Assembly: GCA_964644375.1 (NCBI GenBank)
Contig: CAZXWJ010000002.1
Span: 1-53,873, forward strand
DNA length: 53,873 nt
Reading direction: 5' to 3'
From: an uncultured Desulfobacteraceae bacterium
Lineage (GTDB): Bacteria > Desulfobacterota > DSM-4660 > Desulfatiglandales > HGW-15
The notes beneath the pieces were generated by a model. It was not told where the DNA came from. It saw nothing but the letters and a program-made list of their open reading frames with translations, and did not search any database. Below, piece after piece: positions 18,032 through 26,408 of this stretch. Numbering within the stretch: position 1 is the first letter of the stretch; each line of letters begins with the position of its first letter. The position numbers were made by a program, and so were the translations under genes.

Positions 18032-19975
18032 ATGCTTTCCCATGAAATCGAAAAAAATCAGGATGTAATTAACATTCGAACGTATGTCGATATCCTTTTA
18101 AAGCAGAAAATGTTCATCATCGTATTTTGCCTTTCTGCTATGCTCTTTTCTCTGGGTATCACCTATTTCATTTCGGAAAAATATGAGACCGGTACTACGA
18201 TCTTTTATCGTCCTATCGAGATCAGCTTGATCAGGCAGAAAAGTACCGAGGCCTTCGGGGCGCCGGTACCTGCTCCGCCTTTTAAGGTGATTATCCAGAC
18301 TCTCCGGGATGCTGCAAAAAATGAGATCGTCCTTCGACCCGTGGTCAAGGCACTCCGACTGGACGAAGCATTGGAGATGGAATATGAAAGCCGGTATCAA
18401 CGCTGGTACTACGAGTCAAAGGACTACATAAAAACCAAAATTATAGATCTTTGGACGCTTCTCAAATATGGCAAGCTCATTGAAGAGGACCCTACCGTGG
18501 CCGCCATAATAAAACTGAGAAAAAATATGAATATCACCTCGACCAAAGACTCATACATCTACGTCCTCTCTGTCAGGGATAAATTCCCGAAAAGGGCGGC
18601 GATGATCGTCGATGCCGTTGGTGAAGGACTGGAAAATTTTCTAAAAGGGGAATATCAAAACCCGACCAAATGGAAATTGACACAGCTCACTGAACAGGTG
18701 ACAGCCAAACAACAAGAATTAAGTGAGCTTCGAGCACAACGCGAAGAGATATTTAAAGGGAATAGATTTATTTCCATACCGAATGAAACCTCAGAGGGAC
18801 TCTCCAACCTCTATGGTATGGAACTTGAGGAAATCAATCTTTCCGTTCAAATTGAAAAGAAAAGAAAAAGCATCGCAGAACTGGAAGCAGAGCTTCGAAA
18901 AGGCGCGAAAGATTATGTTCAGTCGGAAGACTTCAAAAAGATGAAGTCCGACCGACTTTTTCAAGAAATCGAACTCAAGGGCCTGATAGCCGGTAGGCAA
19001 CATCTGAGAACTTCAATCGCAAGATTGAAAAGAGAACTACAGGAACTTCCGGCCCTGAAGACAAAGATGGACGAAGTGGAAACAAAGATCGGTTCAGCCA
19101 CTCGTGCTCACGAGCATGCCCGGGATCTGTGTACTGAATTGCTTACACAAGTGCTGACTTTTCAGGACGGTACCCAAATTCTTAACAAGGCCGTGGTGCC
19201 GGACAAGCCTGTTCAGCCCATCAAAGTTTACCATGTCGGTTTATCCCTGCTTCTGAGCCTTGGCATTTCAACTGCTTTGGCCTTTTTATTCGATTTTTTA
19301 AATATTCGGACCTTCGTTTCTACAAGATCATCGAAAGGTTTCACAAAAGGCCCCGACGGGTCGTCCCAATTGACTGGGGCGAATTTGAATCCGTCTCATA
19401 CAGAAAGGCTCCTTGAAGATCTTTCCAGACAACTGGATGCAAAAGGCGGCAGTCTCTTCCTGCGAAAAGAAAACCATCTCGAGCTTGCCCATTCCCTTGA
19501 TCGGGGCCATAAACCTGCGCTCATCCCCTTTCCGCTCAAATCTGACAGCATTTTTGAACACGCGTTGAGAAAAAGACAGCCGATCATTACGGATGATCTC
19601 ATCGGAAAAAAAGATGTGCGATTAAGCGGCCGCAAAGGCTATCAAAATGAATCGATGATTGCATTGCCCATGATAGATGCTTCAGGGGAAGTGGTTGCCA
19701 TGGTTTCGCTCCATAACAAAACATCATCCCCTTTCACCTATGACGATAAACAAAAAGCCTTGACCATTTGGCGCACATACCTGATGGGACATCAGAGCAT
19801 GAACGAGGAAGATCTTACCGAGATTTATGCACCATCTATGCGGCGCACAAAACTTCCCTCAAAAGGACGAAAACAATTCCGGCTTGCATCACTCCTTCTA
19901 TATTCGTCGATAGGGGTCTGCGGTGCCGTGTTGTCTGCCTTGGGCTACTATTTCCTCAACAAATTGGGGTATTGA
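18032..19975 (+). CDS. Polysaccharide co-polymerase (Wzz/GumC-type chain-length determinant) with a cytoplasmic GAF domain and no kinase domain
   Basis: The Wzz-like N-terminus is 'INIRTYVDILLKQKMFIIVFCLSAMLFSLGITYFI'. A long coiled-coil periplasmic region follows, then 'VVPDKPVQP' and TM2 (aa ~400-423). The GAF-like region (aa ~455-585) reads 'GGSLFLRKENHLELAHSL..QPIITDDL..ESMIALPMIDASGEVVAMVSLHNK..FTYDD'. A third TM lies at the C-terminus. There is no Walker A motif. Confidence 0.75.
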   Translation: MLSHEIEKNQDVINIRTYVDILLKQKMFIIVFCLSAMLFSLGITYFISEKYETGTTIFYRPIEISLIRQKSTEAFGAPVPAPPFKVIIQTLRDAAKNEIVLRPVVKALRLDEALEMEYESRYQRWYYESKDYIKTKIIDLWTLLKYGKLIEEDPTVAAIIKLRKNMNITSTKDSYIYVLSVRDKFPKRAAMIVDAVGEGLENFLKGEYQNPTKWKLTQLTEQVTAKQQELSELRAQREEIFKGNRFISIPNETSEGLSNLYGMELEEINLSVQIEKKRKSIAELEAELRKGAKDYVQSEDFKKMKSDRLFQEIELKGLIAGRQHLRTSIARLKRELQELPALKTKMDEVETKIGSATRAHEHARDLCTELLTQVLTFQDGTQILNKAVVPDKPVQPIKVYHVGLSLLLSLGISTALAFLFDFLNIRTFVSTRSSKGFTKGPDGSSQLTGANLNPSHTERLLEDLSRQLDAKGGSLFLRKENHLELAHSLDRGHKPALIPFPLKSDSIFEHALRKRQPIITDDLIGKKDVRLSGRKGYQNESMIALPMIDASGEVVAMVSLHNKTSSPFTYDDKQKALTIWRTYLMGHQSMNEEDLTEIYAPSMRRTKLPSKGRKQFRLASLLLYSSIGVCGAVLSALGYYFLNKLGY

Positions 19976-20090
19976 GGGAAAAAGCCAAAACGAAACCGAT
20001 CTGATCTTTCTCCAAATGAAGGAAGGTTTCGAAATGACACTTACAGACTAAAATTTTTGACCCCATTCAACCGGAACAGGACGAAGATCA

Positions 20091-21065
20091 ATGAACCAGA
20101 AGAACGTCAAGGGCATTATTCTGGCAGCGGGAAAGGGGACAAGGATGGCGCCATTCAGCAGCCGATATCCGAAACCCCTCTTGCCGATCTGCAACAAGCC
20201 TTTACTGCACTATCAAATTGAATCGATGAGAAATATCGGTATCGAAGAAATTATTATCGTGATCGGCCACCTCGGGTACGAAATTGCACAGACCTTTGGC
20301 GACGGGCGTCAGTATGGTGTTGCCCTCAAATACATCGAGCAAAGGGAAACCCTGGGCATCGCACATGCGGTCGGGAAGCTGGAGCCTCATATTTCCTCTC
20401 CCATCTTTCTCTTTCTTGGAGACATATTCTTTGTCACCGAGGATTTGTCAAGCATGAGAGAAATCATGCTGGAAAGAGAGGCATCCGCCGTGCTGGCCGT
20501 CAAACACGAAAAGGACGCCGAAGCCATCAAAAAAAATTTCGCCATCCGGCTGGACGACAAGGGCTTGGTAAAAAGAGTCGTCGAAAAGCCACGGCATCTC
20601 ACCAACAGCCTAAAAGGGTGCGGTTTGTATCTTTTTGACCAGCAGGTTTTCGACGCCATAAGGCGAACACCACGAACCGCCATGCGGGATGAATACGAAA
20701 TCACCGACACCATTCAAATCATGGTCGACGATGGGCTGCCCATTCATATCTCGCCAGTCGTTCGCTGGGACATGAACGTCACCGTCCCCGGAGATGTACT
20801 GGCCTGCAATCTTCACCAGCTGCAAAGGCTTGGCGAGAAAAATCTCATAGGCGATTCGGCCCAGATCCATCCAGGGGCGGAGATCACAAATTCGGTTGTC
20901 GGAAAGGGCGCAGTGATTCAGTATCCCATACACATTTCGAATTCCGTTATTTTCCCGAATACCCTTGTGGCCACCGGCCACGACGTCGAACAATTCATCA
21001 TGACACCGGAGCATCAGATCGATTGCCGGCAATTCAACGCAGAGGAATGGAATGGGACCCTATAA
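20091..21065 (+). CDS. Sugar-1-phosphate nucleotidylyltransferase (NDP-sugar pyrophosphorylase)
   Basis: The signature is 'GIILAAGKGTRMAPFSSRYPKPLLPICNKPLL'. The C-terminal hexapeptide-repeat-like segment is 'IGDSAQIHPGAEITNSVVGKGAVIQYPIHISNSVIF'. Confidence 0.85.
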   Translation: MNQKNVKGIILAAGKGTRMAPFSSRYPKPLLPICNKPLLHYQIESMRNIGIEEIIIVIGHLGYEIAQTFGDGRQYGVALKYIEQRETLGIAHAVGKLEPHISSPIFLFLGDIFFVTEDLSSMREIMLEREASAVLAVKHEKDAEAIKKNFAIRLDDKGLVKRVVEKPRHLTNSLKGCGLYLFDQQVFDAIRRTPRTAMRDEYEITDTIQIMVDDGLPIHISPVVRWDMNVTVPGDVLACNLHQLQRLGEKNLIGDSAQIHPGAEITNSVVGKGAVIQYPIHISNSVIFPNTLVATGHDVEQFIMTPEHQIDCRQFNAEEWNGTL

Positions 21066-21984
21066 CAAAGCACTGGTTACCGGGGGCGCCGGCTTTATTG
21101 GATCGCACCTGTCTAAAGCGCTTTTTTCGCAAGGGGTGGCAGTGGTTATTCTTGACGATCTTTCCATGGGAAAGATGGAAAATGTTCCGGCTGATGCTGC
21201 CTTTGTCCGGGGAGATGTCCGCTCTCAGGAAGATGTCTCCCGAGTGCTCGACGGTGTGGATATCGTATTCCACGAGGCTGCCCGGGTCAGCATTCGAACT
21301 TCCGTGAGGGAATTTTATGAGGATGCTCAAACAAATCTGATGGGAACACTCAATCTTTTGAGATGCTGCGCACAGAGTGATGTCAAAAAAGTCATATTCG
21401 CCTCATCGATGGCCGTTTATTCGGATGGCGATGCCTCGTCTAGAATAACAGAGGATTATCTCACGGAACCCATATCGCCTTACGGTATCTCAAAACTGGC
21501 AAGCGAAAAGTACTGTCTTCATTTTTCGAGGGAAACCGGCATCTCATGCAACGTGCTGCGATATTTCAACACCTACGGTCCTGGTCAGGCTTTCACCCCT
21601 TATGTCGGTGTCATTACCATTTTCATCAACCGGCTTTTAAAGAAAAAAAGTCCCGTGATCTTCGGCGATGGCAAACAGCGTCGTGATTTTGTGCATGTGA
21701 GCGACATTGTTTCAGCCAACATCCTATCCATGCAGGCTGATCTTCCCATCGGGATTCTAAATGTTGGCACCGGGAGAGGCACATCTGTCTACGAAATCGC
21801 AGAGATGCTCTGTCATGAGATCGCGCCGGACGTTCGTCCCGTCTATGCCGCTTCTCAGCCCGGGGAATTGAGATATTCGGTGGCCGATATCGGAAGGGCT
21901 GAAAAGGCCTTAGGGTACGGACCCAGCGCGTCGTTACAGCGGAAAATGGCCGAAGTCATTGAATATCTAAAGAAAAAAAAGTGA
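21052..21984 (+). CDS. NAD-dependent epimerase/dehydratase (GalE/UDP-sugar 4-epimerase-like SDR)
   Basis: Motifs are 'ALVTGGAGFIGSHL', 'ASSMAVY' and 'SPYGISKLASE' (YxxxK). It overlaps the upstream gene by 14 nt. Confidence 0.85.
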   Translation: MGPYNKALVTGGAGFIGSHLSKALFSQGVAVVILDDLSMGKMENVPADAAFVRGDVRSQEDVSRVLDGVDIVFHEAARVSIRTSVREFYEDAQTNLMGTLNLLRCCAQSDVKKVIFASSMAVYSDGDASSRITEDYLTEPISPYGISKLASEKYCLHFSRETGISCNVLRYFNTYGPGQAFTPYVGVITIFINRLLKKKSPVIFGDGKQRRDFVHVSDIVSANILSMQADLPIGILNVGTGRGTSVYEIAEMLCHEIAPDVRPVYAASQPGELRYSVADIGRAEKALGYGPSASLQRKMAEVIEYLKKKK

Positions 21985-22016
21985 CGGATGTCATCCATAC
22001 CGCACGAGTTCCATGA

Positions 22017-22913
22017 ATGAGATGGTTCATTTTGCAAAGCATGAGGGCAAGGTCTATGCGAAGTGACTCGGAGCGTAAGATACTGTTTAACGATCAAAGC
22101 CTACGGGCTGAATTTGTTTTCGTTGAATCAGACGAAGAATATGAAGAGGAAACTCAGGGCAAAATTTTCTGTCTGCCCGCCGGCCGAGTGTATGGACTGG
22201 ACATGCCCCTGAGGGAAAAAACACTCAGGACCCTTTACAGGGCAGGAGAAGTCCTGGCCAGCCTGACGGCTCTGATTATTTTTTTTCCGGTGATGCTTGC
22301 CATTGCGCTTGTCATCAAACTGGACTCGCCCGGCCCTGCTCTTTTTTTCCAAAAAAGGGTCGGTCGCAGTAAACTGGCCAAGGGAAGATCATTGAATAAA
22401 AAGGACGGTGGTCCCGTTTCATCTGGTGATTCCGAAAATATATTTTATGTTCCTCAAACATTCTGGTTCATCAAATTCAGAACGATGTATGCGGATGCCA
22501 AAGAGAGATTTCCAAAACTTTACAATTATAATTACTCAAAAAAGGAGATCGATCATATTCCCTTCAAAGTGGAAAAGGACCCCCGCATAACGCGGGCCGG
22601 TCAGTGGCTGAGATCATCGACATTGGACGAATTGCCCAATTTTTGGAATGTATTAACCGGGGATATGCGACTGGTCGGACCCAGGCCTGAAATTCCGGAG
22701 ATGCTGCCCAATTATCGGCCCCATCAAATGACAAAATTTACGGTTAAACCGGGAATAACCGGCCTGCCTCAGATCAACGGAAGAGGACGGTTGACCTTCC
22801 AGAGGACAGTGGCTTACGATCTGGAATACGTTGAGAAGAAGTCTGTGTTTCTTGATCTGAAAATTTTGGCCGTAACGGTATGGAAGGTGATAACAAGGCA
22901 AGGTGCATTTTAA
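22017..22913 (+). CDS. Initiating phosphoglycosyl transferase (bacterial sugar transferase family, WbaP/EpsL-like)
   Basis: There is a single TM, 'LASLTALIIFFPVMLAIALVI', followed by 'DSPGPALFFQKRVGR', 'KFRTMYADA', 'DPRITRAGQWLRSSTLDELPNFWNVLTGDMRLVGPRP'. The start is uncertain; an alternative ATG lies at 22203. Confidence 0.85.
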   Translation: MRWFILQSMRARSMRSDSERKILFNDQSLRAEFVFVESDEEYEEETQGKIFCLPAGRVYGLDMPLREKTLRTLYRAGEVLASLTALIIFFPVMLAIALVIKLDSPGPALFFQKRVGRSKLAKGRSLNKKDGGPVSSGDSENIFYVPQTFWFIKFRTMYADAKERFPKLYNYNYSKKEIDHIPFKVEKDPRITRAGQWLRSSTLDELPNFWNVLTGDMRLVGPRPEIPEMLPNYRPHQMTKFTVKPGITGLPQINGRGRLTFQRTVAYDLEYVEKKSVFLDLKILAVTVWKVITRQGAF

Positions 22914-22931
22914 AATGACAAAAAATCCGGC

Positions 22932-24260
22932 ATGAGGAGTCCTGTAATGGAATATTCTTCTCATATAAATACAGTAAAAAAAATTATGATATGCCTGTTT
23001 TCGTTACTGCTGATTTCATGTATCGTTGCGCCGGAACCCTCTTCCCATGCCCAATTCTTTAAGGCGTTACGTATAAAGAGCAAGGCGGACAAGGTGGTAA
23101 AACTCATCGAACTCCGGCGCTCCGAAGGGCAGGATGTTCAGAATGCCCTTGTCAAAGCAAGGCGAGTAAAAGAACTTGCCGACCAAAAAAGACTTGACGA
23201 TGCCGATGCCTTGCTTGACGAAATCATGGCCGACCTCAAGGCCACGACGGATTCATCCAAAGAGGTCTCCACCGAAACGCGAACGGCCGTTTTTAGGCCG
23301 GGAAAAATTCGAACGAATAAATCGGATCGGTTCGGCATATGGACGGCCACCCTGGAGGGGAAGAATCTTACCTTACGGTTATCTGATCCAAAGCGGCAGA
23401 TGTCTCATCCCCGTGTTTCCCCGGACAAGAAGTGGATCATGTTTACGCGGTACAACAAAATGCTCAAAGACGGATATGCTTACGAGAAAGGCGGATATAA
23501 AAACACGGAAATAGGCATCATGCGTTTAGACGGCACGGAACTGAAAACAATCGTGGGCCCCAAACCGGGGGTGCTCAACTGTAACGGCAGTTGGACACCG
23601 GACGGTCAAAGCATCCTTTATCTTTCAACGGACAACCCGAAGAAGAGGCCTCGGCTCTACTGGGTGAGCCTAAAGACCGGGAAAATAACCCTAGCCCCTA
23701 CCCCGGATAAACTGAAAGTAGTGTCCGATCCGCATCAAGTGGATGATACGATCGTGTTCCCGGCGCCCTCCACCGGACCGGAACCCTCCGGAATATGGAT
23801 CATGAAAAAAAACGGCACCCAGGCAAGACAGTTGACTCATCCGCCAAATAAACGATTATCAAAGGCCAAAGGCCCTCAGCATCTGGGAGATTATGACCCC
23901 CGGCTCTCTCCGGATGGCTCAAAAGTAGCCGTTATGCGGAACTATGGCAAGGATATCTATCACATCGTTGTCATCGATGTTGCCTCAGGAGAGGAGATAG
24001 ATATCTCGCCAAAAGAGGTTGCGGAGGGAGTGCCCCACTGGTCCAGTGATGGAAGGCTGCTGATCTTTAGGCATGTGAATCTAAAAAACCTGAAAGACTA
24101 CGGCATTTACACCATAAAACCTGATGGGACAGGCAGAAAATTGATTCCTCTTCCCCGAGGTGTGCTGCACAGTCCGCAGCCAAACTTTTTTCCCGAAGAG
24201 GGATCGTCGCCGAAAACGAGGATTATTTTCAGCACAGAGAAAGTAAAATTTTTGGACTAA
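22932..24260 (+). CDS. TolB-like beta-propeller lipoprotein/periplasmic protein (PD40/WD40-like repeats)
   Basis: The lipoprotein-like signal is 'LFSLLLISC'. PD40-type repeat signatures recur: 'PRVSPDKKWIMF', 'SWTPDGQSILY', 'PRLSPDGSKVAV', 'PHWSSDGRLLIF', 'IKPDGTG'. Confidence 0.7.
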   Translation: MRSPVMEYSSHINTVKKIMICLFSLLLISCIVAPEPSSHAQFFKALRIKSKADKVVKLIELRRSEGQDVQNALVKARRVKELADQKRLDDADALLDEIMADLKATTDSSKEVSTETRTAVFRPGKIRTNKSDRFGIWTATLEGKNLTLRLSDPKRQMSHPRVSPDKKWIMFTRYNKMLKDGYAYEKGGYKNTEIGIMRLDGTELKTIVGPKPGVLNCNGSWTPDGQSILYLSTDNPKKRPRLYWVSLKTGKITLAPTPDKLKVVSDPHQVDDTIVFPAPSTGPEPSGIWIMKKNGTQARQLTHPPNKRLSKAKGPQHLGDYDPRLSPDGSKVAVMRNYGKDIYHIVVIDVASGEEIDISPKEVAEGVPHWSSDGRLLIFRHVNLKNLKDYGIYTIKPDGTGRKLIPLPRGVLHSPQPNFFPEEGSSPKTRIIFSTEKVKFLD

Positions 24261-24314
24261 AACAATGTTCCATCCATAAACATACAGGCCCCCGAAAAGG
24301 CTCCAGACGTTATT

Positions 24315-25073
24315 ATGGAACGGTATCTTACCACAACGATTGATCTTATCGACGGCAGACCGACTATTCACCTAAAGCACCTGAAAGAGAGAGGGCTCCG
24401 CGTGAAAGACCGAACCGCAAAACGGATGTCAATGAAAAATCGATTTATGAAGATTTCGTCCTTCGGCCCCTTGGAAGACATCCCCTGCCCTAACTGTCAG
24501 TCCGAAAATTTTGATATTATGGCCAATCAATCAATTTTTGGCGAAAATTTTCAAATCGTCCGCTGTAAAAAATGCGGGCTTATTCACACAAACCCGCGTC
24601 CCACCAAAGACTGGAAGAAACGCTTTTATGACCCCAAATATAACAGGTATATGGAAGATAAGGGTCGTAGCTTCGTCTACTTACCCTCCCCCAAAAAAAT
24701 CCTTCGCGATGGGGGTCTCCTCTTTATTGAAACGCCGAACTATCTGACCTATTACTACCTTAAACGGTACTTTAATTTTTTAACCCCAATTTATTGTAAA
24801 ATCACAGGGAGATATGATCTTCCATGGGGCCCCTTTGATCACTTGTTTCATTGGACACACACAACGCTTATCAGTGCCCTCTCCCATTCAGGATTTGAGC
24901 ATGGCAAAACCCTTACCTTTCGCAACTATAGATCGGAGATCCCAACGGATCGTCCCCTATCGTTAAGCTTCAGGCAATATGCTGAAATGACTCACCGCGT
25001 ATTTAGGCGCTTGGGCGCCTCTTTTGACTTTAGACCGATTCTTCTGGTTATAGCAAAAAAAAGCATCGGATGA
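24315..25073 (+). CDS. Methyltransferase-like protein lacking the SAM-binding core (possible gene remnant)
   Basis: The N-terminal zinc ribbon 'CPNCQS..VRCKKCGLIHTNPRP' and the C-terminal 'LRDGGLLFIETPN...HLFHWTHTTLISALSHSGF' match class I methyltransferases of the Methyltransf_23 type. The roughly 100 aa that should carry the GxGxG motif I are absent. The start is uncertain (internal ATGs at 24426 and 24432). Confidence 0.5.
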   Translation: MERYLTTTIDLIDGRPTIHLKHLKERGLRVKDRTAKRMSMKNRFMKISSFGPLEDIPCPNCQSENFDIMANQSIFGENFQIVRCKKCGLIHTNPRPTKDWKKRFYDPKYNRYMEDKGRSFVYLPSPKKILRDGGLLFIETPNYLTYYYLKRYFNFLTPIYCKITGRYDLPWGPFDHLFHWTHTTLISALSHSGFEHGKTLTFRNYRSEIPTDRPLSLSFRQYAEMTHRVFRRLGASFDFRPILLVIAKKSIG

Positions 25074-25235
25074 TGAAGACAGAGTTGTCAATCTTGAAAA
25101 GGATTCGTGTTGAGTCTATACGTAAGGTTGACTTGTTCCCGGCTAGATGAATTTACCCCAGAGGATTGAAACAACTATTATGCAAGTTGGCCTGACATAG
25201 TAAAATTTTTCAATCATTAATTGGAAGCTAGGGAT

Positions 25236-26309
25236 ATGGAAGTTCACTCTACTCAACATAGCCTCAATAGAATACATGTCCTGTTTTTACTCCTGATAGC
25301 CATCGTATGGGGCCTTCCGCTTGATGGATATGCACGACCTCCGGATACCCCATGGGGAGTCTCGATCAACCCGGCCAATTTCCCAAACGACACTGGGGAA
25401 GATGCCTGGCGAGCGCTTTTAAAGACAGGCGCAATCGGAAGTCATGGTTCTTTTATCTGGACCTGGAATTTTCAGGCAGGATTCAAACGCTATGAACTTC
25501 TTGTTCCGCTTATGCATACCATTGGCTTGAAAAGCTTTGCGCAGGTATCCCCTAATTTTTTAGGGGCCCCGTCACCTCCATATGGCGTCGGCTCAGAGAA
25601 AAGTTACGCAGACAGCGAAGTCCGTGCAAAATATCTCGAGGATATTGAACGCATGGCCAGGCTGCAACCAAACTACCTCGCTCTGGCAACGGAAATCAAT
25701 TTGATGTATTACTTTCATCCGGGTGAATTCGAAAATTATATTTCTCTTTACCGCCAAGCCTATGGTTTGGCAAAATCACTTTCTCCGCGCACGCAGGTGG
25801 GGGTGACTTACCTGTACAGATTGTTCGTATTTGACAAAGAATTTCATCTGCCATCTCTTTTGGGTCCCCACGACTTCATCGCCTTTACAACCTATCCGGA
25901 CTGGTGGGTGAAGAAAGGTTACTTTAATTCCTGTGCCGAACTCCCCGCAGAGTATTACGGCCGAATCCGCGAGGTTTTCCCGAACACTCCCATCGTCTTT
26001 TCCGAAATTGGATGGCCTAGTGTTGGGGAGCACAGCAGCCCGGAAGAACAGGCCATTTTTGTTTCGAGACTGCCGGAATTGATGGTGGATGTACAGCCTG
26101 ACCTTGTGGTCTGGACCCTGCTTCATGACACCGGATTTTTTCAAAAAGAGTACCTAGACCAGGACACAATAGATTTTATCGAAAGCCTGGGGATCCATAT
26201 TGACAAACTGTTTGACCGATTTAACGGAATGGGATTATGCAATCGGGATGGAACATTTAAGCCCGCATGGGATGAGGCACTGGATCTGGATTTCACCCCT
26301 CCGCCGTAA
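25236..26309 (+). CDS. Secreted clan GH-A-like (TIM-barrel) glycoside hydrolase candidate
   Basis: The signal peptide is 'VLFLLLIAIVWGLPLDGYA'. Two Glu-containing strands are spaced about 95 aa apart, as in clan GH-A: 'LALATEINLMYY' and 'IVFSEIGWPS'. The second resembles the GH17 nucleophile motif 'SESGWPS'. Confidence 0.5.
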   Translation: MEVHSTQHSLNRIHVLFLLLIAIVWGLPLDGYARPPDTPWGVSINPANFPNDTGEDAWRALLKTGAIGSHGSFIWTWNFQAGFKRYELLVPLMHTIGLKSFAQVSPNFLGAPSPPYGVGSEKSYADSEVRAKYLEDIERMARLQPNYLALATEINLMYYFHPGEFENYISLYRQAYGLAKSLSPRTQVGVTYLYRLFVFDKEFHLPSLLGPHDFIAFTTYPDWWVKKGYFNSCAELPAEYYGRIREVFPNTPIVFSEIGWPSVGEHSSPEEQAIFVSRLPELMVDVQPDLVVWTLLHDTGFFQKEYLDQDTIDFIESLGIHIDKLFDRFNGMGLCNRDGTFKPAWDEALDLDFTPPP

Positions 26310-26408
26310 CACGATGTATTTTTTCTATACCCATACAAATGGGTAATGATGCACGGTTAGGGCTAAGAATTTTCGGGTTTCATACCGTTAGTGAATAGAC
26401 GAGGATCA

